NCBI GenBank assembly: GCA_964291625.2
Contig: OZ220089.1
Span: 1,216,001-1,280,000 of the forward strand
Origin: Candidatus Latescibacterota bacterium
GTDB lineage: Bacteria > Latescibacterota > UBA2968 > UBA8231
Reading direction: 5' to 3'
DNA length: 64,000 bases
A program made the translations under genes and the position numbers. The notes beneath the pieces were generated by a model, which searched no databases, was not told where the DNA came from, and saw nothing but the letters and a program-made list of their open reading frames with translations. This document shows, one piece after another, positions 49,632 through 59,709 of this stretch (the first letter of the stretch is position 1; the number at the start of each line of letters is the position of its first letter).

Positions 49632-51416
49632 TCAGTCGGCTGACGCCCCGAAGCGCCGTTCCGCCACCGCCCGCGCCAGATCCCCCCGAGTCACCGGATC
49701 AGCCCGGTCGGCGCTCAGGCCGGCCTCCCTCAACATGGCGTTCGCCTCGTCCGCCCTCAGCAACTGGTCCGGCTCGAAGTGCAGATGGTCCCCGGCGCCC
49801 GGCCACAGGCCCTCCAGGGCCAGCAGCTGACCGGCCGCGAAAGCGGGATGGCCCTGGGGCAGGTCATCGTACCAGTAGAGCGGCACCCCCACCTCCAGCA
49901 GTTGCCTCTGGAAGGCCCGCAGCAGACCGGCGTCGTCGAGAACCGACCCCGGCCTGACGGCGCGGCCCAGGCAGAAGGCGGCCAGGGCGCCGGCGGCCTC
50001 GCCGATGTTCCATTCGATCGGGTGCAGGCGGTAGCAGCCGTTGGTCATGTGGGTGACGCCGAGGTTCTTGCAGGCGGGCAGCAGGTTGTCGGCGTCGGCC
50101 GGCAGCAGGGCGCCGAGGGGGACCTGGAAGGGCAGGGTCGGCCCGGTGGCGGCCACGTCGCCCGGCACGCCGTGGATGTCCATGGGATAGTGGCCGATGC
50201 CGACGCTGTCGGCGAACGGCTCGGCGCGGGCGCCGAGCCGCAGGCGGGCGAGCACGTCCTGCTCGCGTACCGTCCGCCGGGCGATGATGCGGCGGGACTC
50301 GCGGATGTATGGGTACTGCGACAGCCCGTCGGCGGTGCCCATGACGTCGGGGCGCAGGCGCATCTCCGGGTAGCCGCGGCCCTGGCCGTCGTCCCGCGGC
50401 ACCTCGGTCTGCAGCCAGTAGAGCAGCCCCAGGCTCAGATCCTTCGCCCTCCGCAGCAGACCGGCCCTCTCCGCGGGGGCCGCGTCGATGATGTTGCCGC
50501 CCTTGAAGTCGTTGCCCGCCCAGTTGATCATGGCCAGGTCCCCCTCCACTTGGCCGGGGGCGAACTGGTCGGCGGCCACCAGGCGCCGGTAGGTCCAGAA
50601 GGAGCCGGGCAGGTCGTCCACGCCCTCGAAAACCTTGTAGGTCAGGTCGCGCTCGCCGTAGCGGAGGGTCAGGGTGTAGGGCTGGTGGTCGCGGTTGTGC
50701 TCGTACCCGGGCGGCTTGGGGATGGTGTGGTTCTCGCCGGCGCGGAAGTCGACGGCGAAGGGGAAGGTGAAGGTCTGCACGAGGGCGGGGTCGGCACCAT
50801 CGGCGCGGGCGTCGGGCTCGCCGGTCTGGTCGCGCGACTCGGCGCCGCTGGCGTAGGGCAGGCCGAGCAGGGGCAGCAGGTCGCCCAGCTCGGTGGCGTC
50901 GAGGTAGTACGAGGCGCGGAAGCGGAGGTGGCGTTGGCGGCCGGGCTGGGCGACGGTGACGGAGCCGATGGTCGAGCCCTCGCGGCTGGCGCCGATGGTC
51001 CAGGCGTTGGGGTAGATCCGCAGGCGGCCGGCCTCGACCTGGGGCTTGAGCATGCCGCGGAGGGCGGACAGGCCGGCCCGCGGCTCGAAGCAGAGGCGGC
51101 TCACCCAGCCGTCGCCGGGATTGAAGAAGGGGGCCGTCTCGGCCTTGGGGGAGAGCGGCCAGCGGTTCCGGTAGTGGTCGCGGATGCTCTCGCGGAACTC
51201 GTAGTAGAGGGAGGTGGCCCCGCAGCTCTCGATGTACTGATGCTCGTCGAGGGCCGAGACGCCCTGGGAGGTGCACTGGCCGCCGAGCCAGGGGTTCTCC
51301 TCGGTGAGGCAGACCCGGTACCCGAGACGGGCGGCGCGGAGGGCGGCCGCGCAGCCGCCCAGACCCCCGCCGACGACGAGGATGTCACATTCGACTTCTT
51401 GCGTTGGCAGGTGCAT
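49632..51416 (-). CDS. FAD-dependent oxidoreductase (FAD_oxidored family)
   Basis: VVGGGLGG, LGGQCTSQGVS, DATELGDL, YIRESRR and YRLHPIEW. Confidence 0.85.
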   Translation of the reverse strand: MHLPTQEVECDILVVGGGLGGCAAALRAARLGYRVCLTEENPWLGGQCTSQGVSALDEHQYIESCGATSLYYEFRESIRDHYRNRWPLSPKAETAPFFNPGDGWVSRLCFEPRAGLSALRGMLKPQVEAGRLRIYPNAWTIGASREGSTIGSVTVAQPGRQRHLRFRASYYLDATELGDLLPLLGLPYASGAESRDQTGEPDARADGADPALVQTFTFPFAVDFRAGENHTIPKPPGYEHNRDHQPYTLTLRYGERDLTYKVFEGVDDLPGSFWTYRRLVAADQFAPGQVEGDLAMINWAGNDFKGGNIIDAAPAERAGLLRRAKDLSLGLLYWLQTEVPRDDGQGRGYPEMRLRPDVMGTADGLSQYPYIRESRRIIARRTVREQDVLARLRLGARAEPFADSVGIGHYPMDIHGVPGDVAATGPTLPFQVPLGALLPADADNLLPACKNLGVTHMTNGCYRLHPIEWNIGEAAGALAAFCLGRAVRPGSVLDDAGLLRAFQRQLLEVGVPLYWYDDLPQGHPAFAAGQLLALEGLWPGAGDHLHFEPDQLLRADEANAMLREAGLSADRADPVTRGDLARAVAERRFGASAD

Positions 51417-51463
51417 AGGCAGCTAGTTTGCCCCCGGACTGAATATCGACGAAGGAGACGCCG

Positions 51464-52258
51464 ATGCCCCTGACTTCAGAACAGAAGACCCATTTCGAGG
51501 AAAACGGGTTCCTGCCCTATCACCGCGTCCTCTCCGACGACGAGCTCGAGGCCCTGCGCCGGCGCAGCGAGGAGATCGTCCGGGGCGAGGCCCCCCACGT
51601 CCCCGCGGAGTACGTGCAGCTGGAAATCGCTTTCCGCAACGGGGAGACCGAGGTCGACCGTCTCGACCAGGTGCGCAAGATGACTCACCTGTGCTACTTC
51701 GATCCCTTGTTCGAGGCGGTGGCCCGCAAGGCGGAGATCGTCGACGTCGTCGAGGAGCTGCTGGGGCCGGACATCAAGCTCTACTGCGACCAGCTGATGA
51801 TGAAGGCCCGCCATCACGGCACGGTCACCGACTGGCACCAGGACTCGGTGGCCTGGCCCCAGTTCGCGCCCCAGGACCACGTCTCGTGCTGGGTCGCCAT
51901 CGACGACGCCACCGTGGCCAACGGCTGCATGACCATGCTGCCGGGGAGCCACAAGTGGGGACCGATCGGGAAGGAGCAGAGAGCCCTTTTCGTGGACAAC
52001 CCCCTGGTCGCCGATCCCGTACCGGTGGAGCTGCCCGCCGGCTCCTGCCTCTTCCACCACGGGCTGAACTTCCACCGCACCGGCGCCAACCCCACCCCCC
52101 ACCGGCGGCGAGGCTTGGCCCTTCACTACCTCAGCTCCGAGACGATGTACCTCGGCATCGAGAACGAGGAGCACCGTCTGAAGATGGAGTGCGGCAAGCG
52201 GCGCGGGGAGTTCCGCTTCATGCTGATCCGGGGCCGCGAGTTCGAGGGGCGCGTCTAG
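51464..52258 (+). CDS. PhyH-family dioxygenase
   Basis: WHQD, NGCM..LPGSH and FHRTGAN. Confidence 0.88.
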   Translation: MPLTSEQKTHFEENGFLPYHRVLSDDELEALRRRSEEIVRGEAPHVPAEYVQLEIAFRNGETEVDRLDQVRKMTHLCYFDPLFEAVARKAEIVDVVEELLGPDIKLYCDQLMMKARHHGTVTDWHQDSVAWPQFAPQDHVSCWVAIDDATVANGCMTMLPGSHKWGPIGKEQRALFVDNPLVADPVPVELPAGSCLFHHGLNFHRTGANPTPHRRRGLALHYLSSETMYLGIENEEHRLKMECGKRRGEFRFMLIRGREFEGRV

Positions 52259-53417
52259 CGGATTCCCAGGGCCTCGTCGATCTCGGCCTGGTACCCCTCC
52301 AGGTCGCCGCGCTCGATCTCGGCCATGGTGACCGGCCGCCGGAACCACTCCGACTCGAAGACGGCCATGCAGATCGCCTGCGAGCGGTAGCCCTCCAGGC
52401 CGTCGACCTCCGGCACCCCCTCGCCCCTCGCCGCGTCGGCGAACTCCTTCAGCTCCGTGGCCACGGAGTTCTCCACGCCGCCGGGGAAGAGCCGCTCCTC
52501 CTCCTCTTCCGACAGGCTCTGCCGGTACTCGGCCACCAACGCCTCGTTGGGCACGTTCTGCCCGTCCCGGGTCCACAGCCCACTCCCCCAGTCGATGCAG
52601 CCCTCGCTGCCGTAGATCGTCCGCCGGCCGAACCCCTGGCCCGGCGCCGAGCCCTGCCAGGTCCACTGCACCACGGCGCCGCCGTCGAAGTCGATCAGGG
52701 CCATGGCGCTGTCCTCCACGTCCCCGGCCAGGCGCCCTCGCGCTCCACCGGTTTGTCGTAGCGGTAGGGCTCGAACTCGCGGACCCGCGCCATCACCTGC
52801 TGCGCCTCGGCGCCCAGGCTGTAGCGGAAGAGGTCGGTGAAGTGGACGCCCCCGTCGAGGAGCCACCCGCCCCCGGCCTCGCGCCGGAAGTTGCGCCAGC
52901 CCCACTTGCCCATCTGCAGTCCCGCCTCGACCCAGTAGAAGGTGCGCGGCCGGCCGATGCGCCCCTCGGCCACCGCCCACGAGCGGGCCCGCTCCCCCGG
53001 GGAGCGGCGGTAGTTCTCGGCCACGGCGAGCTGGCAGCGGCTGTCGACCGCCGCTTCGAGGATCCGGCGGCCGGCGCGCAGGGTGATGGCCAGGGGCTTC
53101 TCGATGCTCACGTGCCTGCCCTCCTCCAGGCAGGGCACGGCGAGGACGTGGTGCTGCGAGTGGGGGGCGCAGATGTCCACCGCGTCGAGCCCGTCGACGC
53201 GCATGAGCATCTCCTCCACGTCCGTGTGGACCGCCGGCTTGCCCCTCTGGAATCCGGCGAGCTCGGCGGCCTTCTGCTGCGCCGCCTCCTCCACCTGATC
53301 GCAGCAGGCGACGACCTCGATGTCGTCGATCCCGGCCTTGCGCAGCTCCTGCAGGCCCTGCACGTGGGCCCCGGCCATGCTGCCGCATCCCACGAGGGCC
53401 AACCGCAACTGTTCCAC
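52255..53417 (-). pseudogene. Gfo/Idh/MocA oxidoreductase with a one-base frameshift
   Basis: VGCGSMA, EKPLA and DGGVHFTD, then DVEDSAMA in another frame. The shift lies in a G4 run at about 52722-52725. Confidence 0.8.
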
Positions 53418-53433
53418 TATATCTCTCTCCGTT

Positions 53434-54588
53434 TCAGGGATCGATGATGTAGCGGGCCACGGCCTCCTCGTCCAGCTCGATGCCCAACCCGGGGCCGTCG
53501 GGGACGCTGGCGAAGCCGTCGGCCACGACTACCGGCGAGCTGGCCAGCTCGGTCATCATCGGGCTCGGGCCGTGGTGCCAGTCCTCCATGCTTCCCCGGG
53601 GGGTGATGGGGTACTCGCACAGGAATCCCCGCGGCATGGCCGCCACGAGGTGGATGCTGGCGGCGAAGTTGACCGCCGTCCCCCAGTTGTGGGGCACCAC
53701 CGGGATGTTCGCCAGTCTCGCCATCTCGGCGATGCGGCGCGCCTCGGTCAGCCCTCCGACCCACGACAGGTCGGGCTGCAGCAGGTCGACGGCGCGGCGC
53801 TCGATCAGGTCCCGGAAGGCGAAGGCGGTCATGTCCGATTCGCCGGCGGCGATGCGCACCTCGGTGCGGGCGGTGAGCTCGGCCATGTTGGCGGCGTGGT
53901 CGGCGCTCGAGAGCGGCTCCTCCCACCAGTAGACGCCGGCGCCCGAGTCCTCGATCATGCGCGCCGTCCGCAGGGCCTCGGCGAGGCTGGCGGGGCGGCC
54001 GAGGTCGAGCATGAGATCGACGTCCTCCCCGGCGCGGGCGCGGATCTCCCGCAGGATGGCCGTGTCCCGCGAGGGGCGGTGGCCGAAGTCGGGCCAGCCC
54101 CAGTACTTGATCGCCCCGTACCCCTGGTGGACGTACTCCTCCGTGGAGGCGTAGGCCCCCTCCGGACTGGAGCTGTCGACCCAGATGCTGCTCACGTAGA
54201 CCTTGACCCGCTCCCGGAAGCGGCCCCCCAGCAGATCGCACAGGGGGACGTTCAGGGTGCGCGCCGCGGCGTCGTGGACGGCCATGTCGATGCCGCTCAT
54301 GGCGTGGACCATCATGCCGCGGCGGTCGTAGAGCCGCTCGCAGGCGTCGTACATGCGCTCCCAGACGACGGCGGTGGCCAGCACCTCCTGGCCGACGGCC
54401 TCCTGCGCCAGGCGGCGGTCGATCAGTTCCTTGGCGGCGAAGACGCCGCTGCCGTCGCTGTCGGGGACGAAGCACTCCCCCAGGCCTTCGACCCCCTCGT
54501 CGGTGCGCACCCGCACCAGCACCCAGCCGCCGTTGGGGTACTCGTAGGACTTCAGGACGTGAGCGCCGACTTCCGTGATTCGGGACAT
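53434..54588 (-). CDS. Mandelate racemase/muconate lactonising (enolase superfamily) protein
   Basis: SGIDMA, MLD, WEEP, AGES, QPD and VPH. Confidence 0.88.
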   Translation of the reverse strand: MSRITEVGAHVLKSYEYPNGGWVLVRVRTDEGVEGLGECFVPDSDGSGVFAAKELIDRRLAQEAVGQEVLATAVVWERMYDACERLYDRRGMMVHAMSGIDMAVHDAAARTLNVPLCDLLGGRFRERVKVYVSSIWVDSSSPEGAYASTEEYVHQGYGAIKYWGWPDFGHRPSRDTAILREIRARAGEDVDLMLDLGRPASLAEALRTARMIEDSGAGVYWWEEPLSSADHAANMAELTARTEVRIAAGESDMTAFAFRDLIERRAVDLLQPDLSWVGGLTEARRIAEMARLANIPVVPHNWGTAVNFAASIHLVAAMPRGFLCEYPITPRGSMEDWHHGPSPMMTELASSPVVVADGFASVPDGPGLGIELDEEAVARYIIDP

Positions 54589-54661
54589 CCATTCCTCCGA
54601 TTGACAGCGGTCCGGCCCCCGGTCCACCTTCACGGCCCCGCCAACCAACCTGGAGGCCGCC

Positions 54662-54958
54662 ATGCCGGAACGAACCGTCTCCGACGACGTCGGGTCGAAG
54701 CTGCTCTTCGAGAACGATCGCGTGCGTGTCTGGGACCTGCGCCTCGAGCCGGGCCAGAGCACCGGTCTCCACCGCCACACCAGGGACTACCTCTACGTCG
54801 TGATCGGCGGCGGCGCCCTGAGAGGGTCCGACGGCGAGCCCAGGGAGATGGCCGACGGCCACGTCGTCTTCCGGGAGATCCCGGGAGAGGATGTCCACGA
54901 GGCCGTCAACGCCGGGGACGAGCCCTGGCGGAACATCATCGTCGAGCTGAAGGACTGA
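54662..54958 (+). CDS. Cupin-domain protein
   Basis: ENDRVRVW..L.PG....HRH...H...N.G...IVELK. Confidence 0.85.
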   Translation: MPERTVSDDVGSKLLFENDRVRVWDLRLEPGQSTGLHRHTRDYLYVVIGGGALRGSDGEPREMADGHVVFREIPGEDVHEAVNAGDEPWRNIIVELKD

Positions 54959-55240
54959 CCGGCGCCGCTCCCTCCGGCGGGAAAGATAGTCGGCCGGCGG
55001 AGGATGCCGCCACCTGGCTCAGCCGCCCGGGTAACCGTTCACCTTGTGACCGGGAAAGCCCCCGCCGCCGTCCGGAAGTGTGTACACATCCAGGCGACAG
55101 CCGCTGGTCTTCAGGTGGTTGGGTCGGCCGAGTCAGCGAAGGTCTCGAGGTCTCATCCTCTCAGTCGGTTGAGTGGGTGGGTTGGTTCCTCCTTCACGGG
55201 GGGGTTGCTCGGCCGGCATCGGCCATTCCGTGAGATCTGA

Positions 55241-55285
55241 TTGACCAGCCATGCCCCGGGGTATATACTCAGGTATATACCCCGG
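55241..55285 (+). promoter_or_regulatory. vapBC promoter with palindromic operator
   Basis: TTGACC-17 bp-TATACT, overlapped by the perfect inverted repeat CCGGGGTATATAC-TCAG-GTATATACCCCGG (55256..55285). Confidence 0.8.
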
Positions 55286-55322
55286 TTTCTGTACCAGCCA
55301 TCATGCTGCAGGAGGTACACCC

Positions 55323-55550
55323 ATGCAGACAGCGAAGCTGTTCAACAACGGCCGCAGCCAGGCCGTGAGACTCCCGAAGGAGTTTCGCTTCAGCGGAGGT
55401 GATGTCTATATCAAGAAGTACCAGGGCATCGTCATGCTCTTGCCCAGGGACTCCCCCTGGACCTCGCTCGTGGACAGCCTGGACCGCTTTTCCAGTGATT
55501 TCATGGACGAGAGGAACCAGCCCGACCAGCAGCAGAGAGCATCCCTGTGA
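55323..55550 (+). CDS. vapB: AbrB-type antitoxin VapB
   Basis: TAKLFNNGRSQAVRLPKEFRF. AGGAGG RBS. Confidence 0.92.
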   Translation: MQTAKLFNNGRSQAVRLPKEFRFSGGDVYIKKYQGIVMLLPRDSPWTSLVDSLDRFSSDFMDERNQPDQQQRASL

Positions 55551-55951
55551 TCGATTTCCTGCTCGACACCGACACCTGCATCTACCTCATCAAGAGACAA
55601 CCGCCGCAAGCTTTGGCGAGACTACAAGCCTTGGATGTCTCGCAAGTCGGAATCTCCACGATCACGCTCAGCGAATTGGAGTACGGAGTTTCGAGGAGTT
55701 CGAAACCAGAGCACAACAAGCTGGCTCTGGCCGAATTCGCCGCTCCCCTGGAGATCATCCCGTACGGCGACGCGGCAGCAGCACATTACGGCCGCATCAG
55801 AACCTTTCTTGAGCGCCAAGGTACCCCGATTGGCCCGCTGGACACCCTGATCGCAGCACACGCATTGGCCCTCGCCTGTACCCTCGTGACGAACAACGAC
55901 AGGGAGTTTTCTCGCATTCCCAGCCTCGTGGTCGAGAACTGGACCTGTTGA
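55547..55951 (+). CDS. vapC: PIN-domain toxin VapC
   Basis: LLDTD, ELEYG, IGPLDTLIAAHA and VTNNDREF. Confidence 0.92.
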   Translation: MIDFLLDTDTCIYLIKRQPPQALARLQALDVSQVGISTITLSELEYGVSRSSKPEHNKLALAEFAAPLEIIPYGDAAAAHYGRIRTFLERQGTPIGPLDTLIAAHALALACTLVTNNDREFSRIPSLVVENWTC

Positions 55952-56126
55952 TGCGCACTCTTGACCACCCCCGGCAGGTCGCGCTGGTAGTCCGCACCCC
56001 GAGTCGAGCGCGAAGGGGGAGTCCTCCCGGCCGCTTGAACGGGCGGGGTCACTGGGAGATTCCAGACCGCAGTTTGCCGCTCAGGTTCTCGCTGGATTGC
56101 AGCAAGATGGCCGGTGTGTAGCCTGC

Positions 56127-56990
56127 CTACAGGATCCCCCGGTCCCGCGACCGCCCGTCCCTCACCAGCCGGCCGCTGTGGAGCACCCCCCGCATGCAGC
56201 GGTCCCGCCAGTCGGCGGAGGCGTCGTAGAGCTTCTTCGCCGTGTCGATCTCGGTGATCAGCACCGCGGGCCGGTGGGACGGCGCCTTGTTGACGATCAG
56301 GCCCTCGGCGTTGACGACGAAGCTCGGCCAGGCGTAGCGGCGGGTGCCGTTGTTGGCGCTCACGGCGTAGTAGTTGCTGGCCGCCGCGGCCTGCAGGGTG
56401 GCCGGCACGGTGACCCGGTACTTGTCGCGGGCCTCCTTGGGGCCGCCGGCGTTGTGGAAGGAGACCAGCATCAGGTCGACGCCCTGCCGCTTGTACTCGC
56501 GGAACAGCTCGGGATAGCGGAAGTCGTGGCAGATCAGCAGCCCGCAGGTGAGGCCCCGCGCCCGGAAGGTGATCAGCGCCTCGCCGGGGCTGTAGTTGGC
56601 GAGGTCCCCGTCCTTCCCGCCGGCGCCGCCGGTGCAGAACATCTTGTCGTAGCGCGTGACGATCCGCCCCCGGGTGTCGATGACGTAGAGGGAGTTGTGG
56701 GGCTTGTGTCTCCCCGAGAGGCGGTGGTTGCAGCCGACGACGACCCAGACCCGGTGCCGCCGGGCCGCGGCCATCACCCCTTCCATGGCCGCCGTGATCC
56801 GCTCCCAGTCGGCGGCGTCGTGGGCGGTCACCTCGACACCGAGATAGGCGGAGATGCAGGCCTCGGAGAAGTGCACGAGGTGGGCGCCCCGGGCCCGGGC
56901 GGAGGCGATCTGACGGGCCGCGAACCTCAGGTTGCGGCGGGGGTCCTCGTCGACGGGGAACTGGCAGGTCGCCAGGACGAGCTTGGCCAA
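56127..56990 (-). CDS. Carbon-nitrogen hydrolase (nitrilase superfamily)
   Basis: FSE, YDK and ICHDFRYPE (E-K-C triad). Confidence 0.88.
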   Translation of the reverse strand: MAKLVLATCQFPVDEDPRRNLRFAARQIASARARGAHLVHFSEACISAYLGVEVTAHDAADWERITAAMEGVMAAARRHRVWVVVGCNHRLSGRHKPHNSLYVIDTRGRIVTRYDKMFCTGGAGGKDGDLANYSPGEALITFRARGLTCGLLICHDFRYPELFREYKRQGVDLMLVSFHNAGGPKEARDKYRVTVPATLQAAAASNYYAVSANNGTRRYAWPSFVVNAEGLIVNKAPSHRPAVLITEIDTAKKLYDASADWRDRCMRGVLHSGRLVRDGRSRDRGIL

Positions 56991-57079
56991 GGGAGCCTCC
57001 TCCGGGTCGGTCGGTGCGCGGGTTGAGAATTGCCGTATTATAGGCTGTGGCGCCCGCCCGGGCGGCTGCCGCTCCCTCC

Positions 57080-57358
57080 ATGCCGAGAGTCGAGATCTAC
57101 CTGAGCCCGTTCTGCGCCTTCTGCTGGAAGGCGCGGCTCATGCTGCGGCGCGAGGGGATCCGCTACCGGAAGATCCCCATCCGCTTCTACTTCGGGATCA
57201 AGCTGCCCACGGCCCGCTTCAGGGAGATGGTGCGGCGCACCGGCGGGGACTCCACCATCCCCCAGATCTTCGTCGACGGCGAGTACCTGGGCACCGAGGA
57301 AACCCTCGAGGAGCTGCAGCGCCGCGGCGAGCTGAAGAGACGCCTCGGAGACGGCTGA
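57080..57358 (+). CDS. grxC: Glutaredoxin
   Basis: CAFC and TIPQIFVDG. Confidence 0.75.
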   Translation: MPRVEIYLSPFCAFCWKARLMLRREGIRYRKIPIRFYFGIKLPTARFREMVRRTGGDSTIPQIFVDGEYLGTEETLEELQRRGELKRRLGDG

Positions 57359-57376
57359 AACAAGGACGAACTCACG

Positions 57377-58756
57377 ATGTCGATATCAAGGCGGCTGGAA
57401 TCCTGCTCTCTCGAACGCATCACCCGCATGAAGGAGGTGGTGGAGCAGGAGATCGGCCGCATCGACGGCCAGGTGGCCGAGGTCGAAGCCGAGCTGGACG
57501 AGATGACCGCCAAGGCGGACACGGTCAGCCTGAGCATGAGGCACGGCCAGTACGAGCTGGGCCTGGACAAGGCCGAAGCCCAGGTCGGCAAGCTGAACGC
57601 CGCCCGGGAGAAGCTGCAGGACAAGCTCCGGCTCATCGAGCAGGCCAGACAGAAGCGGCATCTCTTCGACGAGCAGGCCCGGGTGCTGGGCGGCACCGCC
57701 CGAGTGAGGATCAAGGACCTGCTGATCTTCTTCCTCATCCTGGGCCTGGTGACCATCCTCGTCGTCGACCTGATGGGCATCGGGGCCACGGGAGGAGGCG
57801 CCCTGGCCAGCGCGGAAGTGGTGGAGGGAAGCATCGATCGGATCACCATTCTGGAGGGCGGTGAAGGCTACGAGCGGGTGATCCTCCACATAGCCGACGC
57901 CCACGGCTCGGGCGGCCTCGCCATTGGGGAGGTCACCGGAGGCAAGCTGACGCAGGTGGACATCATCCACCGCGGCGAGAGCTACGTCGACCCCGTGGTG
58001 GAGGTCCTCCCCCATTTCTCCGTGGCCAAGCTGTGGATCTTCTGGATCATCGACGTCATCTGCTGTGCCCTGTTCATGGCCAACTTCATCTTCGAGCACA
58101 AGCTGGCCGCCTCCAAGAAGTGGTACTGGAAGAACAACTGGATCGACTTCATCACCTCCATCCCCCTGCCCCCGTTCCAGATCATCGCAGCCGCCGGCGG
58201 CGACTTCGGCGTCATCCGCCTGGGGCGCCTGCTCCGGGCGGTGCGCATCCTGCGGGCCCTGCGGTTGTTCCGCATCGCCCTGTTCTTCTGGCGGGGGATG
58301 GACCACCTGAGCACAACCCTCGACGTGAGGCTACTCAAGCGGTCGCTGCTCTACGGCCTGCTCTCCCTCGTCTTCGGCGCCATCATCTTCATGGGCGTGG
58401 AGCGCATGGAGTCCGGCTCGGGCTTCGGGCCGAGCCTCTGGTGGAGCTTCACGACGCTGGTCACCGGGGGCTACCCCGACATCCACAACCCCGAGACCGC
58501 CCCCGGAAAGATCCTCACCGTCTTCCTGGTGATCACCGGCATGGTGCTGGTGGGTGTCTTCACCGCCACCCTGACCAGCATCCTCGTGAGCGACGAGGAC
58601 TCGCTGAAGGCCGAGGAGCTGGAGGAGCAGGTGGGGATCGTCACCAAGATCCAGCAGGAGATCCAGGACACCAACGAGCGCCTGGCTCGACTGGAGGGCG
58701 CCGTCCGCGACATCGGCGACTCGGTCAGGGGGCGGGGAAACGACTCCGGGACGTAG
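57377..58756 (+). CDS. Voltage-gated-type ion channel (6TM) with N-terminal coiled coil and extracellular insert
   Basis: WIDFITSIP (S3), RLGRLLRAVRILRALRLFR (S4), LWWSFTTLVTGGYPD (pore) and a C-terminal coiled coil. Confidence 0.85.
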   Translation: MSISRRLESCSLERITRMKEVVEQEIGRIDGQVAEVEAELDEMTAKADTVSLSMRHGQYELGLDKAEAQVGKLNAAREKLQDKLRLIEQARQKRHLFDEQARVLGGTARVRIKDLLIFFLILGLVTILVVDLMGIGATGGGALASAEVVEGSIDRITILEGGEGYERVILHIADAHGSGGLAIGEVTGGKLTQVDIIHRGESYVDPVVEVLPHFSVAKLWIFWIIDVICCALFMANFIFEHKLAASKKWYWKNNWIDFITSIPLPPFQIIAAAGGDFGVIRLGRLLRAVRILRALRLFRIALFFWRGMDHLSTTLDVRLLKRSLLYGLLSLVFGAIIFMGVERMESGSGFGPSLWWSFTTLVTGGYPDIHNPETAPGKILTVFLVITGMVLVGVFTATLTSILVSDEDSLKAEELEEQVGIVTKIQQEIQDTNERLARLEGAVRDIGDSVRGRGNDSGT

Positions 58757-58923
58757 AGGCAGTGCGCGATGAGGCCCCGCGGATCGAGCGCGAGGTCCAC
58801 GACATCCGACTCCGGCCCATACAGGCTGTGCGCCCCTGCGCGCAAGGCCGGGGGCCGCACAGCGCCTGCCCGGCGCGGGGCCGGCTCACCCGCCCGGATG
58901 GAGGCGCGGAACCCGGGGTCGGC

Positions 58924-59709
58924 TCACCCCCAGCGGTACTCCGGCGGATCGAAGACGAAGCCGTGGAAGAACCGGCGCTGCGCCGGCGACAGCCCCTGCA
59001 GGAAGTCGCGGCCGTAGCGCCACTGCTCGGCGCAGGCCAGCATCCACGGGTGCTCGTACCCGTAGTAGAGCATCACCCGCTTTCCCCCGGGGCGGGTGAA
59101 GGGGCCGGCCGAGTGCCACAGGGCGTTGTGGAAGAGCACCGCCGTCCCCGGCCCGCCGCATACCTGCACCGCCCCCGGCAGCGCACCCTCCGCCTCCGGC
59201 TCCAGCAGCGCCTTGTGACTCCCCGGGACCACGGTCAGGTTGCCCTGGTCGGGGGCGCTCATGTCGCTCAGGTAGTAGCCGACCTTGAACTGCAGCAGCG
59301 GGATGTGGGGCTTGAGGTTGCGGAAGCCGTCCTGGATCCCGTCGATGTGCCAGCCCCGCCCGTGGTGCTCGCCGGGCTCGACCTCGTAGAAGGCGTCGGT
59401 CGAGTGCAGGTGCGGCATCTCGTTGAAGAGGCCGTGGACGTAGGACATCATCGGTCCGTGGTCGAGCATCTCCAGAAAGAGCGGGTCCTCGTCGAGCAGG
59501 TGCATGACCCGCGCGTTGGGCCCGTCGAGCCGGTCGGCGAAGGCCGGATCGTGCTCCCGCCGGAACCCCGGCGAGCGCCGGCGCTCGATGGTCCGCTCCA
59601 GGGCCGCGAAGAGGGCCTCGACCCGGTCCGGGGCGAGGAACTCCTCCAGCACGAGGTAGCCGTCGACATCGAAGGAGAAGCGCTCGGCGGCGGTGGGATG
59701 ATCGGTCAT
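58924..59709 (-). CDS. PhyH-family dioxygenase
   Basis: FDVDGYL, WHID, VVPGSH and ALWHS. Confidence 0.85.
   Translation of the reverse strand: MTDHPTAAERFSFDVDGYLVLEEFLAPDRVEALFAALERTIERRRSPGFRREHDPAFADRLDGPNARVMHLLDEDPLFLEMLDHGPMMSYVHGLFNEMPHLHSTDAFYEVEPGEHHGRGWHIDGIQDGFRNLKPHIPLLQFKVGYYLSDMSAPDQGNLTVVPGSHKALLEPEAEGALPGAVQVCGGPGTAVLFHNALWHSAGPFTRPGGKRVMLYYGYEHPWMLACAEQWRYGRDFLQGLSPAQRRFFHGFVFDPPEYRWG

Noticed and set aside
52715-52735. Possible programmed frameshift in the Gfo/Idh/MocA gene
   Set aside because: One G missing from a homopolymer explains it, and there is no slippery heptamer. Most likely a sequencing error or recent mutation.
54960-55240. Possible IS end remnant (TGTACACACTTCC on the minus strand) before vapBC
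   Set aside because: No partner inverted repeat, target duplication or transposase fragment found.
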